Source: an uncultured Candidatus Saccharibacteria bacterium
Lineage (GTDB): Bacteria; Patescibacteriota; Minisyncoccia; Phycocordibacterales; UBA9973
DNA: 64,000 nt
Direction of reading: 5' to 3'
Assembly (NCBI GenBank): GCA_964500465.1
Contig: CAZCNB010000003.1
Location: 13,882-77,881, forward strand
The translations under genes and the position numbers were made by a program. A model generated the notes under the pieces. That model worked only from the letters and a program-made list of their open reading frames with translations, had not been told where the DNA came from and ran no database searches. Positions 1 to 8,697 of the stretch are shown one piece after another; position 1 is the first letter of the stretch; the number at the start of each line of letters is the position of its first letter.

Positions 1-664
1 GTCTTGCATGGTTAATATCTCTTGCATCACCATTCCCTATTATTTTTGTTTTTACACCCATTTTGTTTCTAATTTCTACTACCTCCTTTACATGTTCCCA
101 TCTAGCAGGAACTAGAGACATCTCCTTTCTTGTACGTGCATGTATTGTAAGCGCTGCTATATCTTGAGAAAGTAAAAATGGAATCCATTCATCTATTTGA
201 ACTTTATTATAACCAACACGAGTTTTTACAGACACAGGAATATCACAGCCAGCGTCTTTTATCCCATCTTTAACTGCCTGTATTATGATACCTGCCATTT
301 TTGGATTTTTTATCATAGCAGCTCCTGCTCCTTGTTTTTCTATCGATCGATCTGGGCAACCCATATTTATATCTATACCATCAAAACCAAGTAAGGCTAC
401 AAATTTTGATGCCTCGCGCATTTTATCTGGATGAGAAGAAAACAATTGAGCAACTATAGGCCTTTCGCCTTCAGTAAACATGAGATCGTATTTCAATACT
501 TCACGACCTTTACTTGCAAGTCCATCTGCTGATACAAATTCAGTCCAAGTAACATCTGGTTTTCCATACTTAGAGATAATACGACGAAAAGCGGCATCAG
601 TGACATCAGCCATTGGTGCCAAAACAAAGAACGGTTTTGGTAGTTTTTCCCAGAAGTTATTCAT
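1..664 (-). CDS. tRNA-dihydrouridine synthase (Dus family), C-terminus runs off window start
   Basis: Reverse-strand translation begins MNNFWEKLPKPFFVLAPMADVTDAAFRRIISKYG..., the Dus FMN-binding N-terminus (APMAD, later GCP). No stop before position 1, so the gene is partial. Confidence 0.75.
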   Translation of the reverse strand, partial: MNNFWEKLPKPFFVLAPMADVTDAAFRRIISKYGKPDVTWTEFVSADGLASKGREVLKYDLMFTEGERPIVAQLFSSHPDKMREASKFVALLGFDGIDINMGCPDRSIEKQGAGAAMIKNPKMAGIIIQAVKDGIKDAGCDIPVSVKTRVGYNKVQIDEWIPFLLSQDIAALTIHARTRKEMSLVPARWEHVKEVVEIRNKMGVKTKIIGNGDARDINHAR

Positions 665-672
665 TTTAAATA

Positions 673-1536
673 TTATTGAAATTTATATAAAACCTTATTT
701 TTAAATCTCATATCTATATATAAAAGATTAGTATACTTAGAATTAATTTCGCTTGCAAATGATTCTTGTGACATAGCGAGTGCGAAATTTTCTGAAAGCT
801 TTTCCAAGTCATCTTCTGTCTTAAAAATTATTTTAGGGTTAGTAGAATTAATTTCGTGATCAAGATATAAAGAACTATTACCTTCTTCATCTATAATCAA
901 GTGTGTTGGCTTTAACTTAAATTTAATAACGTTATCTATTAATCTTACATAGGAGTAGAATTTTTCTGATGGTAAAAATTTCTGCCCGAGAGGATTATTT
1001 ACATCGGAAATAGGACCATAGTATTTAAAATATATATTCCCTGAAAAATATGGGGCTCTATCAAATATATATCCGTCATCATTGATAAAGTAACAATTTT
1101 CACCAATATCGTATTCAGTTTCAGGTATATTTTCCCCACAATAAAGCCCAGTACCGGAACGCTCAGATATATCTAAATTCAGTGTATTTATATTACTAAG
1201 GTAAATAGATAATTTATCTATTCTGGTAAAATTGCTGGTTAAGTGTTTATATATTCTTTCTTTTGGATATAAAAATATATTCCTCTTATCAAAGAGTTTA
1301 AAATATTTACCAGAAATATAACTATTCACATTTTCTTCAATATCAGTGGAGTTAATAATTCGTGTACCAGTAATAACTATTTTATTTATTGTAACTCTAT
1401 GATTTGAAGAAAAATAACCGAGAGCGTAAACAATTGATAAAATTAATATTATTAACAGTGCAGACAACCTAATCCTGCGCGCACGAGCTTTGCGCTTCAT
1501 ATCTTCTACGCGCGGTGATGTCAAAATATCTTTCAT
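673..1536 (-). CDS. FtsQ/DivIB-like cell-division protein (N-terminal TM anchor plus POTRA-like region)
   Basis: Basic N-terminus, then one TM helix (LSALLIILILSIVYALGYF). The extracytoplasmic part has a POTRA-like pattern (RVTINKIVITGTRIINSTDIEENV ... DKLSIYLSNINTLNLDISER). Confidence 0.55.
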   Translation of the reverse strand: MKDILTSPRVEDMKRKARARRIRLSALLIILILSIVYALGYFSSNHRVTINKIVITGTRIINSTDIEENVNSYISGKYFKLFDKRNIFLYPKERIYKHLTSNFTRIDKLSIYLSNINTLNLDISERSGTGLYCGENIPETEYDIGENCYFINDDGYIFDRAPYFSGNIYFKYYGPISDVNNPLGQKFLPSEKFYSYVRLIDNVIKFKLKPTHLIIDEEGNSSLYLDHEINSTNPKIIFKTEDDLEKLSENFALAMSQESFASEINSKYTNLLYIDMRFKNKVLYKFQ

Positions 1537-1545
1537 GGTTTGTAG

Positions 1546-2808
1546 CTAGCGAATTACCTCTTTGCCAAAATACTTTTGTAGAACTTCTGGAATTTTTATA
1601 CTACCATCTTCTTGTTGAAAGTTTTCTATCATTGAAACCAAGATACGAGGTGTAGGTATAGCGGTACAATTCAAAGAGTGAGTATATCTAACCTTACCTT
1701 CTTCATCTCTATATCTTATTCCTAGACGCCTAGTTTGAAAATCATGGAAATAAGAAGCAGACGATATTTCTCGGTATTTTTCTTCTTTAGGGATCCAAAG
1801 ATTAGTATCGTACATTCTAACTTTTGCAAAACCCATGTCTCCAGTACAAGCATCTACGACTTGATACGGGATTCCTAGTGACTGTATAAATTCTTCAGTG
1901 TTTTTCTGAATTTCTTCATGATGCTTTACTGACTCTTCATGACTACCCTCGCACAAAATAACTTGTTCAAATTTATAGAACTCATGTACGCGAATTAAAC
2001 CTTTTATATCCTTGGTATGACTTCCAGCTTCTAAACGAAAACAGGGAGAAAAACCCAACATCTTTATAGGTAATTGATTTTTATTTAGAATCTCATCCAT
2101 ATACATACCCATAAGAGGAACTTCTGAAGTTCCAACAAAATAAGTATCATCTTGTGCTTTATATATATCTGCTTCGCCTTGTGGAATAAATGCGCAACCT
2201 AGGAGTGGTTCTCGCTTTGTGTTTATTGGGGGTATTATCGGATTGAAACCTCTACCGCCCCAGAAATCTAAAGCATAATTCCATATAGCAAAACATAACC
2301 TAACACCATCTCCAGTCAAAAAATAACCACGAAAACCATGGACCTTGGTACCACGTTCAATATCTAACATTCCCAACTTTGTCATTATTTCTATATGATC
2401 TTTTGGTTCAAAAGAAAATTTAGTTTTTTCACCCCAAGTTCTTATTTCAATGTTATCATCTTCAGATTGTCCAAGTGGAGAAGTTGGTTCAGGAATATTT
2501 GGAACAAGTAGCATCATTCCTTGCCATTCTTTTATAACGTCACGAAGAAGATCTTCTTTTTCTTTGAGTTCTTCTTTAACTATTCGCATCTCCTCTATCA
2601 TCTGAGATCTAACAACTTGATCAACGTTTCCACCCATGGAGTTACTTACTTTATTTTGTTCACTACGTAAAAATTCTACTCGAGCAAGAATTTCTAATCT
2701 TTTATCATCTAAAGCAATCAACTGATCAAGGTCAATACTGAGATGCTTTTTCTCTACTGCTTCTTTGACTATATCCTTATTTTCTCGAATAAATTTGATA
2801 TCTAACAT
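1546..2808 (-). CDS. serS: seryl-tRNA synthetase
   Basis: N-terminal coiled-coil arm and a class II core (TGDGVRLCFAIWNYALDF, GTSEVPLMGMYMDEIL, RLEAGSHTKD...). Length 420 aa. Confidence 0.9.
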   Translation of the reverse strand: MLDIKFIRENKDIVKEAVEKKHLSIDLDQLIALDDKRLEILARVEFLRSEQNKVSNSMGGNVDQVVRSQMIEEMRIVKEELKEKEDLLRDVIKEWQGMMLLVPNIPEPTSPLGQSEDDNIEIRTWGEKTKFSFEPKDHIEIMTKLGMLDIERGTKVHGFRGYFLTGDGVRLCFAIWNYALDFWGGRGFNPIIPPINTKREPLLGCAFIPQGEADIYKAQDDTYFVGTSEVPLMGMYMDEILNKNQLPIKMLGFSPCFRLEAGSHTKDIKGLIRVHEFYKFEQVILCEGSHEESVKHHEEIQKNTEEFIQSLGIPYQVVDACTGDMGFAKVRMYDTNLWIPKEEKYREISSASYFHDFQTRRLGIRYRDEEGKVRYTHSLNCTAIPTPRILVSMIENFQQEDGSIKIPEVLQKYFGKEVIR

Positions 2809-2856
2809 ATGGTTCCAGTATATAAAAAAATGCTAGAATAGACAAATAGATAATTT

Positions 2857-3720
2857 ATGGATTTGATTATAAAATTAAAACCAGAAAAATTCCCTAAACC
2901 ACTGACTGAAATACCTCAACCACCCAAAGAATTGTACATACGTGGAACCTTACCTCCATCTGACTATACTTACCTTACTATTGTAGGATCTAGGAAATAC
3001 ACATCTTACGGAAAAGAAGTTTGTGAGAAACTCATAAAAGGATTAAAAGATTATCCTATAATTATAGTTTCAGGGCTCGCACTTGGAATAGATTCTATAG
3101 TCCACAGATCAGCATTGTCCAATGGACTTATAACTCTTGCTATGCCTGGATCTGGTGTAGATAACAAAGTTATTTATCCAAGAACGAATATGAATCTTGC
3201 AGAGGATATAATAAGAAACGGCGGATGTATCATGTCAGAGTTTCCACCAACAATGAAAGCAGAATTATATACATTTCCTAAAAGAAATAGGCTGATGGCA
3301 GGAATATCAAAAGCAACTCTTATAATAGAAGCGGTAGAAAAATCTGGAACTTTAATAACTGCAAGGATGGCCCTTGATTATAATCGTGATGTACTAGCAG
3401 TTCCGGGATCAATATTTTCTAATTCTTCATCGGGTACCAATAGATTGATAAGGCAAGGTGCAACACCAATAACAAATAGTAACGAATTGCTGGAAGCGTT
3501 GGGTTTTGAGGTTAATAATGAAACAAGTGAATCAGTAGATAGATATAAAGAATGTGGTAAAGATGAATTAAAAATTATTTCACTTTTAGATGAACCTATG
3601 GAAAGAAATGAATTGATAAGAGCATCTGGAATGGAAATATCTGAAGCTAGTGCGCTTCTTTCTATAATGGAAATAAAAGAACTAATTAAAGAGGAGCTTG
3701 GAGAAATAAGAAAGGTTTGA
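2857..3720 (+). CDS. dprA: DNA processing protein DprA/Smf
   Basis: IVGSRKYTSYGKEV...IIVSGLALGIDSIVHRSAL...AVPGSIF Rossmann-like DprA core. Sits immediately upstream of topA, the conserved dprA-topA pairing. Confidence 0.85.
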   Translation: MDLIIKLKPEKFPKPLTEIPQPPKELYIRGTLPPSDYTYLTIVGSRKYTSYGKEVCEKLIKGLKDYPIIIVSGLALGIDSIVHRSALSNGLITLAMPGSGVDNKVIYPRTNMNLAEDIIRNGGCIMSEFPPTMKAELYTFPKRNRLMAGISKATLIIEAVEKSGTLITARMALDYNRDVLAVPGSIFSNSSSGTNRLIRQGATPITNSNELLEALGFEVNNETSESVDRYKECGKDELKIISLLDEPMERNELIRASGMEISEASALLSIMEIKELIKEELGEIRKV

Positions 3721-3740
3721 TTTGCAAAAAAAATTAATTG

Positions 3741-5993
3741 ATGTTACTAATTAAGGCAATGACAAAATTATTGATTGTAGAATCTCCATCAAAGGCAAAA
3801 ACTATTGAGAAATATCTCGATGGAGCTTTTACTGTACGTGCTTCAGTTGGACATATAAGAGATCTTCCTAAATCAAATAAGCAAGCTATAGATATAGAAG
3901 CTGGATTTGTTCCGCATTACGAAATATCAAAAGGTAAAGAAAAAGTAGTAAGTGAATTGAAACATTTAGCAGAAAAATCTTCAGAAATTATGCTCGCTAC
4001 CGACCCAGATCGCGAAGGCGAAGCTATATCTTGGCATTTAAAAGAAATATTAAATAATGATAAAAAAATAAAAGGTAAAATAAAACGAGTTACTTTTCAT
4101 GAAATTACCAAAGAAGCTGTGGAGGAAGCTTTAAAAAGCCCTCGTAATATTGATGATAATTTGGTAAAAGCCCAAGAAGCACGTAGAGTTTTAGATAGGC
4201 TTGTAGGTTATGATTTATCTGGAATAATTTGGAAAAAAGTAAGATATGGACTATCTGCTGGAAGAGTTCAATCCCCTGCTCTTCGTATAATAATGGAGCG
4301 TGAACGTGAGATAAGAGCATTCGTTCCAGAAAAATATTTTATTCTTGAAGGATTATTTGAGACTAAAAAGAAAGAAAAAATAACACTATCTTGCACAGAA
4401 GAGCCTCGTGATGAAAAAGTTGTAAAAAAAATATTAGAACTTGGAAAGCAAGAGAAGTGGTTCGTAAAAGATTTAAAAACATCAGAACAAAAAAGAAGCC
4501 CTAGGGCTCCTTTTACAACTTCTACGTTGCAACAAACAGCAAGTACTAGACTTGGTTTTTCACCTTCTCGAACAATGCAAGTGGCACAGAAACTGTATGA
4601 ACAAGGATTTATTACTTATATGAGAACTGACAGCACAAATCTAGCAACTGTTGCACAATCACAAATAAAAAAAATCATTGAAAGTAAATATGGTAAAGAC
4701 CAAGTTGAGATAAGATCATATAAAACAAAATCAAAAAATGCTCAGGAAGCTCATGAAGCAATACGTCCAACTCACGTAGAATCAATGAACGAAGGATCCA
4801 CAGACGAACAAAAAAGATTATATAGACTTATCTGGGAACGTACAGTAGCATCACAAATGGTAGATGCTAAGTTAATGAAGACAAAAATCACAGCAAATAT
4901 AAAACAGGGAGATGTGCCTGATTTTGTCGCAAATGGTTCGCGAGTGATTTCTCTGGGATGGCTTCTGTGTGATACAGAAGCAAGAGGTGATGATGTAGAA
5001 CTTCCACTAGTTGAAATTGGTGAAGAGTTAAAACTACTTGAATTAAAAGATATAGAAAAATTTACTGAACCTCCAAATAGATATACTGAAGCAGGGTTGG
5101 TTAAAGAACTTGAAGCTCGTGGTATAGGCAGACCTAGTACTTACGCTTCAATAATGAAGACAATTGAAGAACGTGGTTACGTAAACAAAGAAGGAAGGAC
5201 TCTTTTCCCCACTGATACTGGAGATGTTGTCTCAAGTTTCTTAGAACAAAACTTTGCTGAATATATTAGTGACACATTCACAGCTGAAATGGAAGATGAA
5301 TTGGATGAAATATCTCGTGGAGAGAGAGAATATGTAAAAACTTTAAAAGATTTCTACACACCTTTCAAAAAAGAACTTAAAGAAAAAGACAAGTTGGCAA
5401 AAGCAACTAACATGGGTGAAGCTCCTCCTGATATGCTATGCCCTAAATGTAAATCGCCTATGATTATAAAACTTGCTCGTAATGGCAAATTTTATTCTTG
5501 TTCAAAATACCCTGATTGTGACGGAGCACGTACAATAGAAGGAAATGTACTCGAAGGACCAAAAGAGACCGGGGAAATGTGTCCACTTTGTGGAGATAAA
5601 AAAGGAAAATCTGGAGGAGGAAAACTAGTTATTCGCGAAAGACGTGATGGTACTGGCACATTCATATCTTGCTCAAGATATCCTAAATGTAAATTTATAA
5701 AACAAGATGAAGAAGAGTTAAAAAGAAAAATGACAGATGTAACTTGTCCTGTGTGTGGCAAAGGAAAAATGACGGAACGTCGTGGTAGATTTGGAATATT
5801 TTATTCATGTAGTAATTATCCAGATTGTAAAAATGCTATAAAAGCAAAACCAACCGGTAGAATATGTGAGCTTTGTGGATCACTTATGATGGAAGGTACG
5901 AAAACAATTCCAGAGAGATGTTCGAACAGAATGTGCAAAATGCATAATCCGCATAAACTAGGTGAAAATCTAAAGAATAATAAGAAAAAATAA
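3741..5993 (+). CDS. topA: DNA topoisomerase I with C-terminal Cys4 zinc-ribbon repeats
   Basis: Toprim start LLIVESPSKAKTIEKYL, active-site region QKLYEQGFITYMRTDST, and four CxxC...CxxC zinc ribbons at the C-terminus. The ORF track begins at TTG 3738; the first ATG is 3741 and an alternative ATG lies at 3759. Confidence 0.9.
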   Translation: MLLIKAMTKLLIVESPSKAKTIEKYLDGAFTVRASVGHIRDLPKSNKQAIDIEAGFVPHYEISKGKEKVVSELKHLAEKSSEIMLATDPDREGEAISWHLKEILNNDKKIKGKIKRVTFHEITKEAVEEALKSPRNIDDNLVKAQEARRVLDRLVGYDLSGIIWKKVRYGLSAGRVQSPALRIIMEREREIRAFVPEKYFILEGLFETKKKEKITLSCTEEPRDEKVVKKILELGKQEKWFVKDLKTSEQKRSPRAPFTTSTLQQTASTRLGFSPSRTMQVAQKLYEQGFITYMRTDSTNLATVAQSQIKKIIESKYGKDQVEIRSYKTKSKNAQEAHEAIRPTHVESMNEGSTDEQKRLYRLIWERTVASQMVDAKLMKTKITANIKQGDVPDFVANGSRVISLGWLLCDTEARGDDVELPLVEIGEELKLLELKDIEKFTEPPNRYTEAGLVKELEARGIGRPSTYASIMKTIEERGYVNKEGRTLFPTDTGDVVSSFLEQNFAEYISDTFTAEMEDELDEISRGEREYVKTLKDFYTPFKKELKEKDKLAKATNMGEAPPDMLCPKCKSPMIIKLARNGKFYSCSKYPDCDGARTIEGNVLEGPKETGEMCPLCGDKKGKSGGGKLVIRERRDGTGTFISCSRYPKCKFIKQDEEELKRKMTDVTCPVCGKGKMTERRGRFGIFYSCSNYPDCKNAIKAKPTGRICELCGSLMMEGTKTIPERCSNRMCKMHNPHKLGENLKNNKKK

Positions 5994-6034
5994 AAGAACT
6001 TTCGGAAAATTAAGCGTTAGGATATACTTAATAT

Positions 6035-7510
6035 ATGCCTAATATTAACGAAATATTTTCATCTATTCCTGATATTACAGCGAGAGGTAAAACACTTCTA
6101 GAAAAGGCTTATAAATTCGCACAAAAAGCTCATGATGGACAACTTCGTAAAAGTGGTGAACCTTATTTTATTCATGTTTTTAAAACTGCAAAGAATCTAG
6201 CTGATCTAGGAATGAGTCCAACTGTTATAACGGCAGGTTTTTTGCATGATGTCCTTGAAGACACAAAGACAACAGAAGAAGAATTAACCAAAGAATTCAA
6301 TCAAGAAATCGTTTCTCTTGTTAAAGGGGTAACAAAATTAGGTACAGTAAAATATAAAGGCATAGAAAGAAATGTGGAGAATTTAAGAAGGTTTTTTGTT
6401 TCAATGACTGAAGATCTAAGAGTACTAGTAATTAAACTTGCAGATAGATTGCATAATATAGAAACACTCGAGCATGTACGTCCTGATAAGCAAAAACGTA
6501 TCGCACTTGAAACACTAGAAGTTTATGCACCATTAGCAAATCGTTTGTCTATGGGTAAACTAAAGGGCCGTCTTGAAGATGCAGCTTTTAAATTTGCTTA
6601 CCCAAAAGAATATGAAGAAGTTAAAGCGCTTTTGATTAGCAAAAAAGAAGTAGAAGAAAAATATTTATTTGAAGTTAAAGATGCTCTGATAGAAAAACTT
6701 AAAAAAGATAGGATAAAAAATACTCACGTAGATTACAGACAGAAACATCTATACTCACTTTGGAGAAAACTAAAAAAGTACGACATGGATATAAGTAAGG
6801 TGTATGATATTTTAGCTCTACGTGTGATAGTAGAATCAGTTGCAGATTGCTATCACGTACTTGGTCTTATACATGGAGAATGGACTCCTTTACCAAATAG
6901 ATTCAAAGACTATATTGCAACTCCAAAGATTAATGGTTACAGAAGTCTTCACACTACTGTCTTCACTGGTACTGGTGGAATAGTTGAAATACAAATAAGA
7001 ACATATGATATGCATCGTGAAGCTGAATACGGAGTTGCAGCACACTTTGCATACAAAGAAAAGAAGGAAAATAAAAATATAGACCTTGAACAATTCGACT
7101 GGGTAAACCAGCTTCGTAACTTAAACCTTGAATCTGAAGATAAAAAAGAATCTCCTGAAGAATTTCTAAAAAATATTAAGATGGATTTCTTTAAAGATAG
7201 GGTTTTTGTGTTTACTCCAAAAGGAGATATTATAGACTTACCAGAGGATTCTAGTGTTATAGATTTTGCTTATGCTATACATACCGACATAGGGAATCAC
7301 GCTCAGAGTGCAAAAATAAATGGCAAGAATGTGGCACTTCATACTAAACTCCATACAAATGACATAGTTGAAATCCAAGTCAATAAAAATACGAACCCAT
7401 CTTCTAAATGGCTTGATCACGCTAAATCCGGACTTGCAAGAAAACACATAAACAACTATTTAAAATCTAATAGCTTATTATCGAAGTTTCTATCTTTTGG
7501 GAAAAACTAG
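6035..7510 (+). CDS. minimal Rel/SpoT-family (p)ppGpp synthetase/hydrolase (HD + synthetase + TGS only)
   Basis: HD motif FLHDVLEDT, synthetase motifs (YRSLHTTV, DYIATPK), and a TGS domain (VFVFTPKGDIIDLPEDSSVIDFAYAIHTDIG). Only 491 aa, so the helical/ACT C-terminal regulatory region is absent. Confidence 0.85.
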   Translation: MPNINEIFSSIPDITARGKTLLEKAYKFAQKAHDGQLRKSGEPYFIHVFKTAKNLADLGMSPTVITAGFLHDVLEDTKTTEEELTKEFNQEIVSLVKGVTKLGTVKYKGIERNVENLRRFFVSMTEDLRVLVIKLADRLHNIETLEHVRPDKQKRIALETLEVYAPLANRLSMGKLKGRLEDAAFKFAYPKEYEEVKALLISKKEVEEKYLFEVKDALIEKLKKDRIKNTHVDYRQKHLYSLWRKLKKYDMDISKVYDILALRVIVESVADCYHVLGLIHGEWTPLPNRFKDYIATPKINGYRSLHTTVFTGTGGIVEIQIRTYDMHREAEYGVAAHFAYKEKKENKNIDLEQFDWVNQLRNLNLESEDKKESPEEFLKNIKMDFFKDRVFVFTPKGDIIDLPEDSSVIDFAYAIHTDIGNHAQSAKINGKNVALHTKLHTNDIVEIQVNKNTNPSSKWLDHAKSGLARKHINNYLKSNSLLSKFLSFGKN

Positions 7511-8511
7511 ATTGAGAAGTTTTTAATACTGTACAAATCTTCTTCTGATTGAGCCTTTTCTTCAGGAGTCTGGTCATCGAGCATAGCAATCTCCTCTTTA
7601 TCTACAATAACTACATTCGTATCATTCTTTTGACTTTCTGATTTAGTAGCGATAAATCTTTCCATCATTTCATCAGGGCTTTTACCTTGGTTTGATTTAA
7701 TAAGATCAAGTATCATATGCAGATCATCGTTTGAGAAGAAATCTATTGTAATTTGACCACCATTTTCTCTACGATCAATATGAACTCTGGTCCCAAGAGT
7801 TTCTTGTAACTTATCTTCCATTTCTGCAATTTCTGGATCGGGCATGTATTCTTTCTTACGAATTCTATCAGTTGCTATTCTGCGAGCATACTTTTCTGCA
7901 TCGCGAACAGTCATCTTTTTCCATACTATTTCTTTAAACAATACCATTTGTTCTTCTGGCCTATCTGATAACATAAGTATTGGTCGTGTATGACCTTCAG
8001 TAATTTTACCTTCAGATAACGCATCTAAAATTTCCTGAGGAAGTGCAAGTAGTCTTAAAGTGTTTGAAACATGTTCTCGACTTTTACCTACTTTCTGACC
8101 AATTTGACCATGTGTAAATTTAAATTCTTCAACAAAACGGAAAAAAGCTCTCGCACGTTCAACCGGATTTAAATCTTCTCTTTGTAAATTCTCGATTATG
8201 GCAAGTTCAAGTTTTGCCATATTGTCATCTCCCACACGAATGATTACTGGAACTTGTTCAAGGTTAGCCAATTTGGATGCCCGTAGTCTTCGCTCCCCTG
8301 CTATAAGTTCATACTCTACTCCTATACCTCCATCTTCTTTTGTTACTTCTATTCTAGACACTGTTAGAGGTTGCAGAACTCCGTATTGTCGAATTGAATC
8401 AGAAAGATCCCTGAGACGAGCTTCATCGAATTCTCGACGTGGTTGAAAAGGATTTGGTTTGATTTTTTCAACATCAACCCAAAAAATTGAATTACTATAT
8501 AACTGTGACAT
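7507..8511 (-). CDS. parB: ParB/Spo0J-family partition protein with acidic C-terminal tail
   Basis: ParB box LQPLTVSRIE...YELIAGERRLRASKLANLEQVPVIIR and an HTH region. No parA is adjacent. Confidence 0.85.
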   Translation of the reverse strand: MSQLYSNSIFWVDVEKIKPNPFQPRREFDEARLRDLSDSIRQYGVLQPLTVSRIEVTKEDGGIGVEYELIAGERRLRASKLANLEQVPVIIRVGDDNMAKLELAIIENLQREDLNPVERARAFFRFVEEFKFTHGQIGQKVGKSREHVSNTLRLLALPQEILDALSEGKITEGHTRPILMLSDRPEEQMVLFKEIVWKKMTVRDAEKYARRIATDRIRKKEYMPDPEIAEMEDKLQETLGTRVHIDRRENGGQITIDFFSNDDLHMILDLIKSNQGKSPDEMMERFIATKSESQKNDTNVVIVDKEEIAMLDDQTPEEKAQSEEDLYSIKNFSI

Positions 8512-8578
8512 GAAGGTATTTTATCATATTTAGAATCTATTGAAAAATTAAAGAAAAACATGTATACTCATCTCTATC

Positions 8579-8661
8579 GCGTCGGTGGTAGAGTGGTCAA
8601 TTACAACAGACTGTAAATCTGTCGGCTTCGGCCTACGGAGGTTCGAATCCTCCCCGGCGCA
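8579..8661 (+). tRNA. tRNA-Tyr (anticodon GTA), type II with long variable arm
   Basis: Acceptor gcgtcgg/ccggcgc, anticodon loop ctGTAaa, variable arm cggcttcggcctac, T-arm ggaggttcgaatcctcc, ~83 nt. CCA is not encoded. Confidence 0.8.
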
Positions 8662-8670
8662 CAGTATAAT

Positions 8671-8697
8671 AAAAAACTCCCTTTAGGGAGTTTTTTA
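8671..8697. terminator. bidirectional rho-independent terminator between tRNA-Tyr (+) and clpB (-)
   Basis: aaaaaactccc-ttta-gggagtttttt: a GC-containing stem flanked by an A-run and a T-run. Confidence 0.8.

Noticed and set aside
4105-7447. Short antisense ORFs inside topA and rel (4105-4320, 5492-5761, 6890-7093, 7238-7447)
   Set aside because: Embedded antisense in strongly supported genes, with no motifs.
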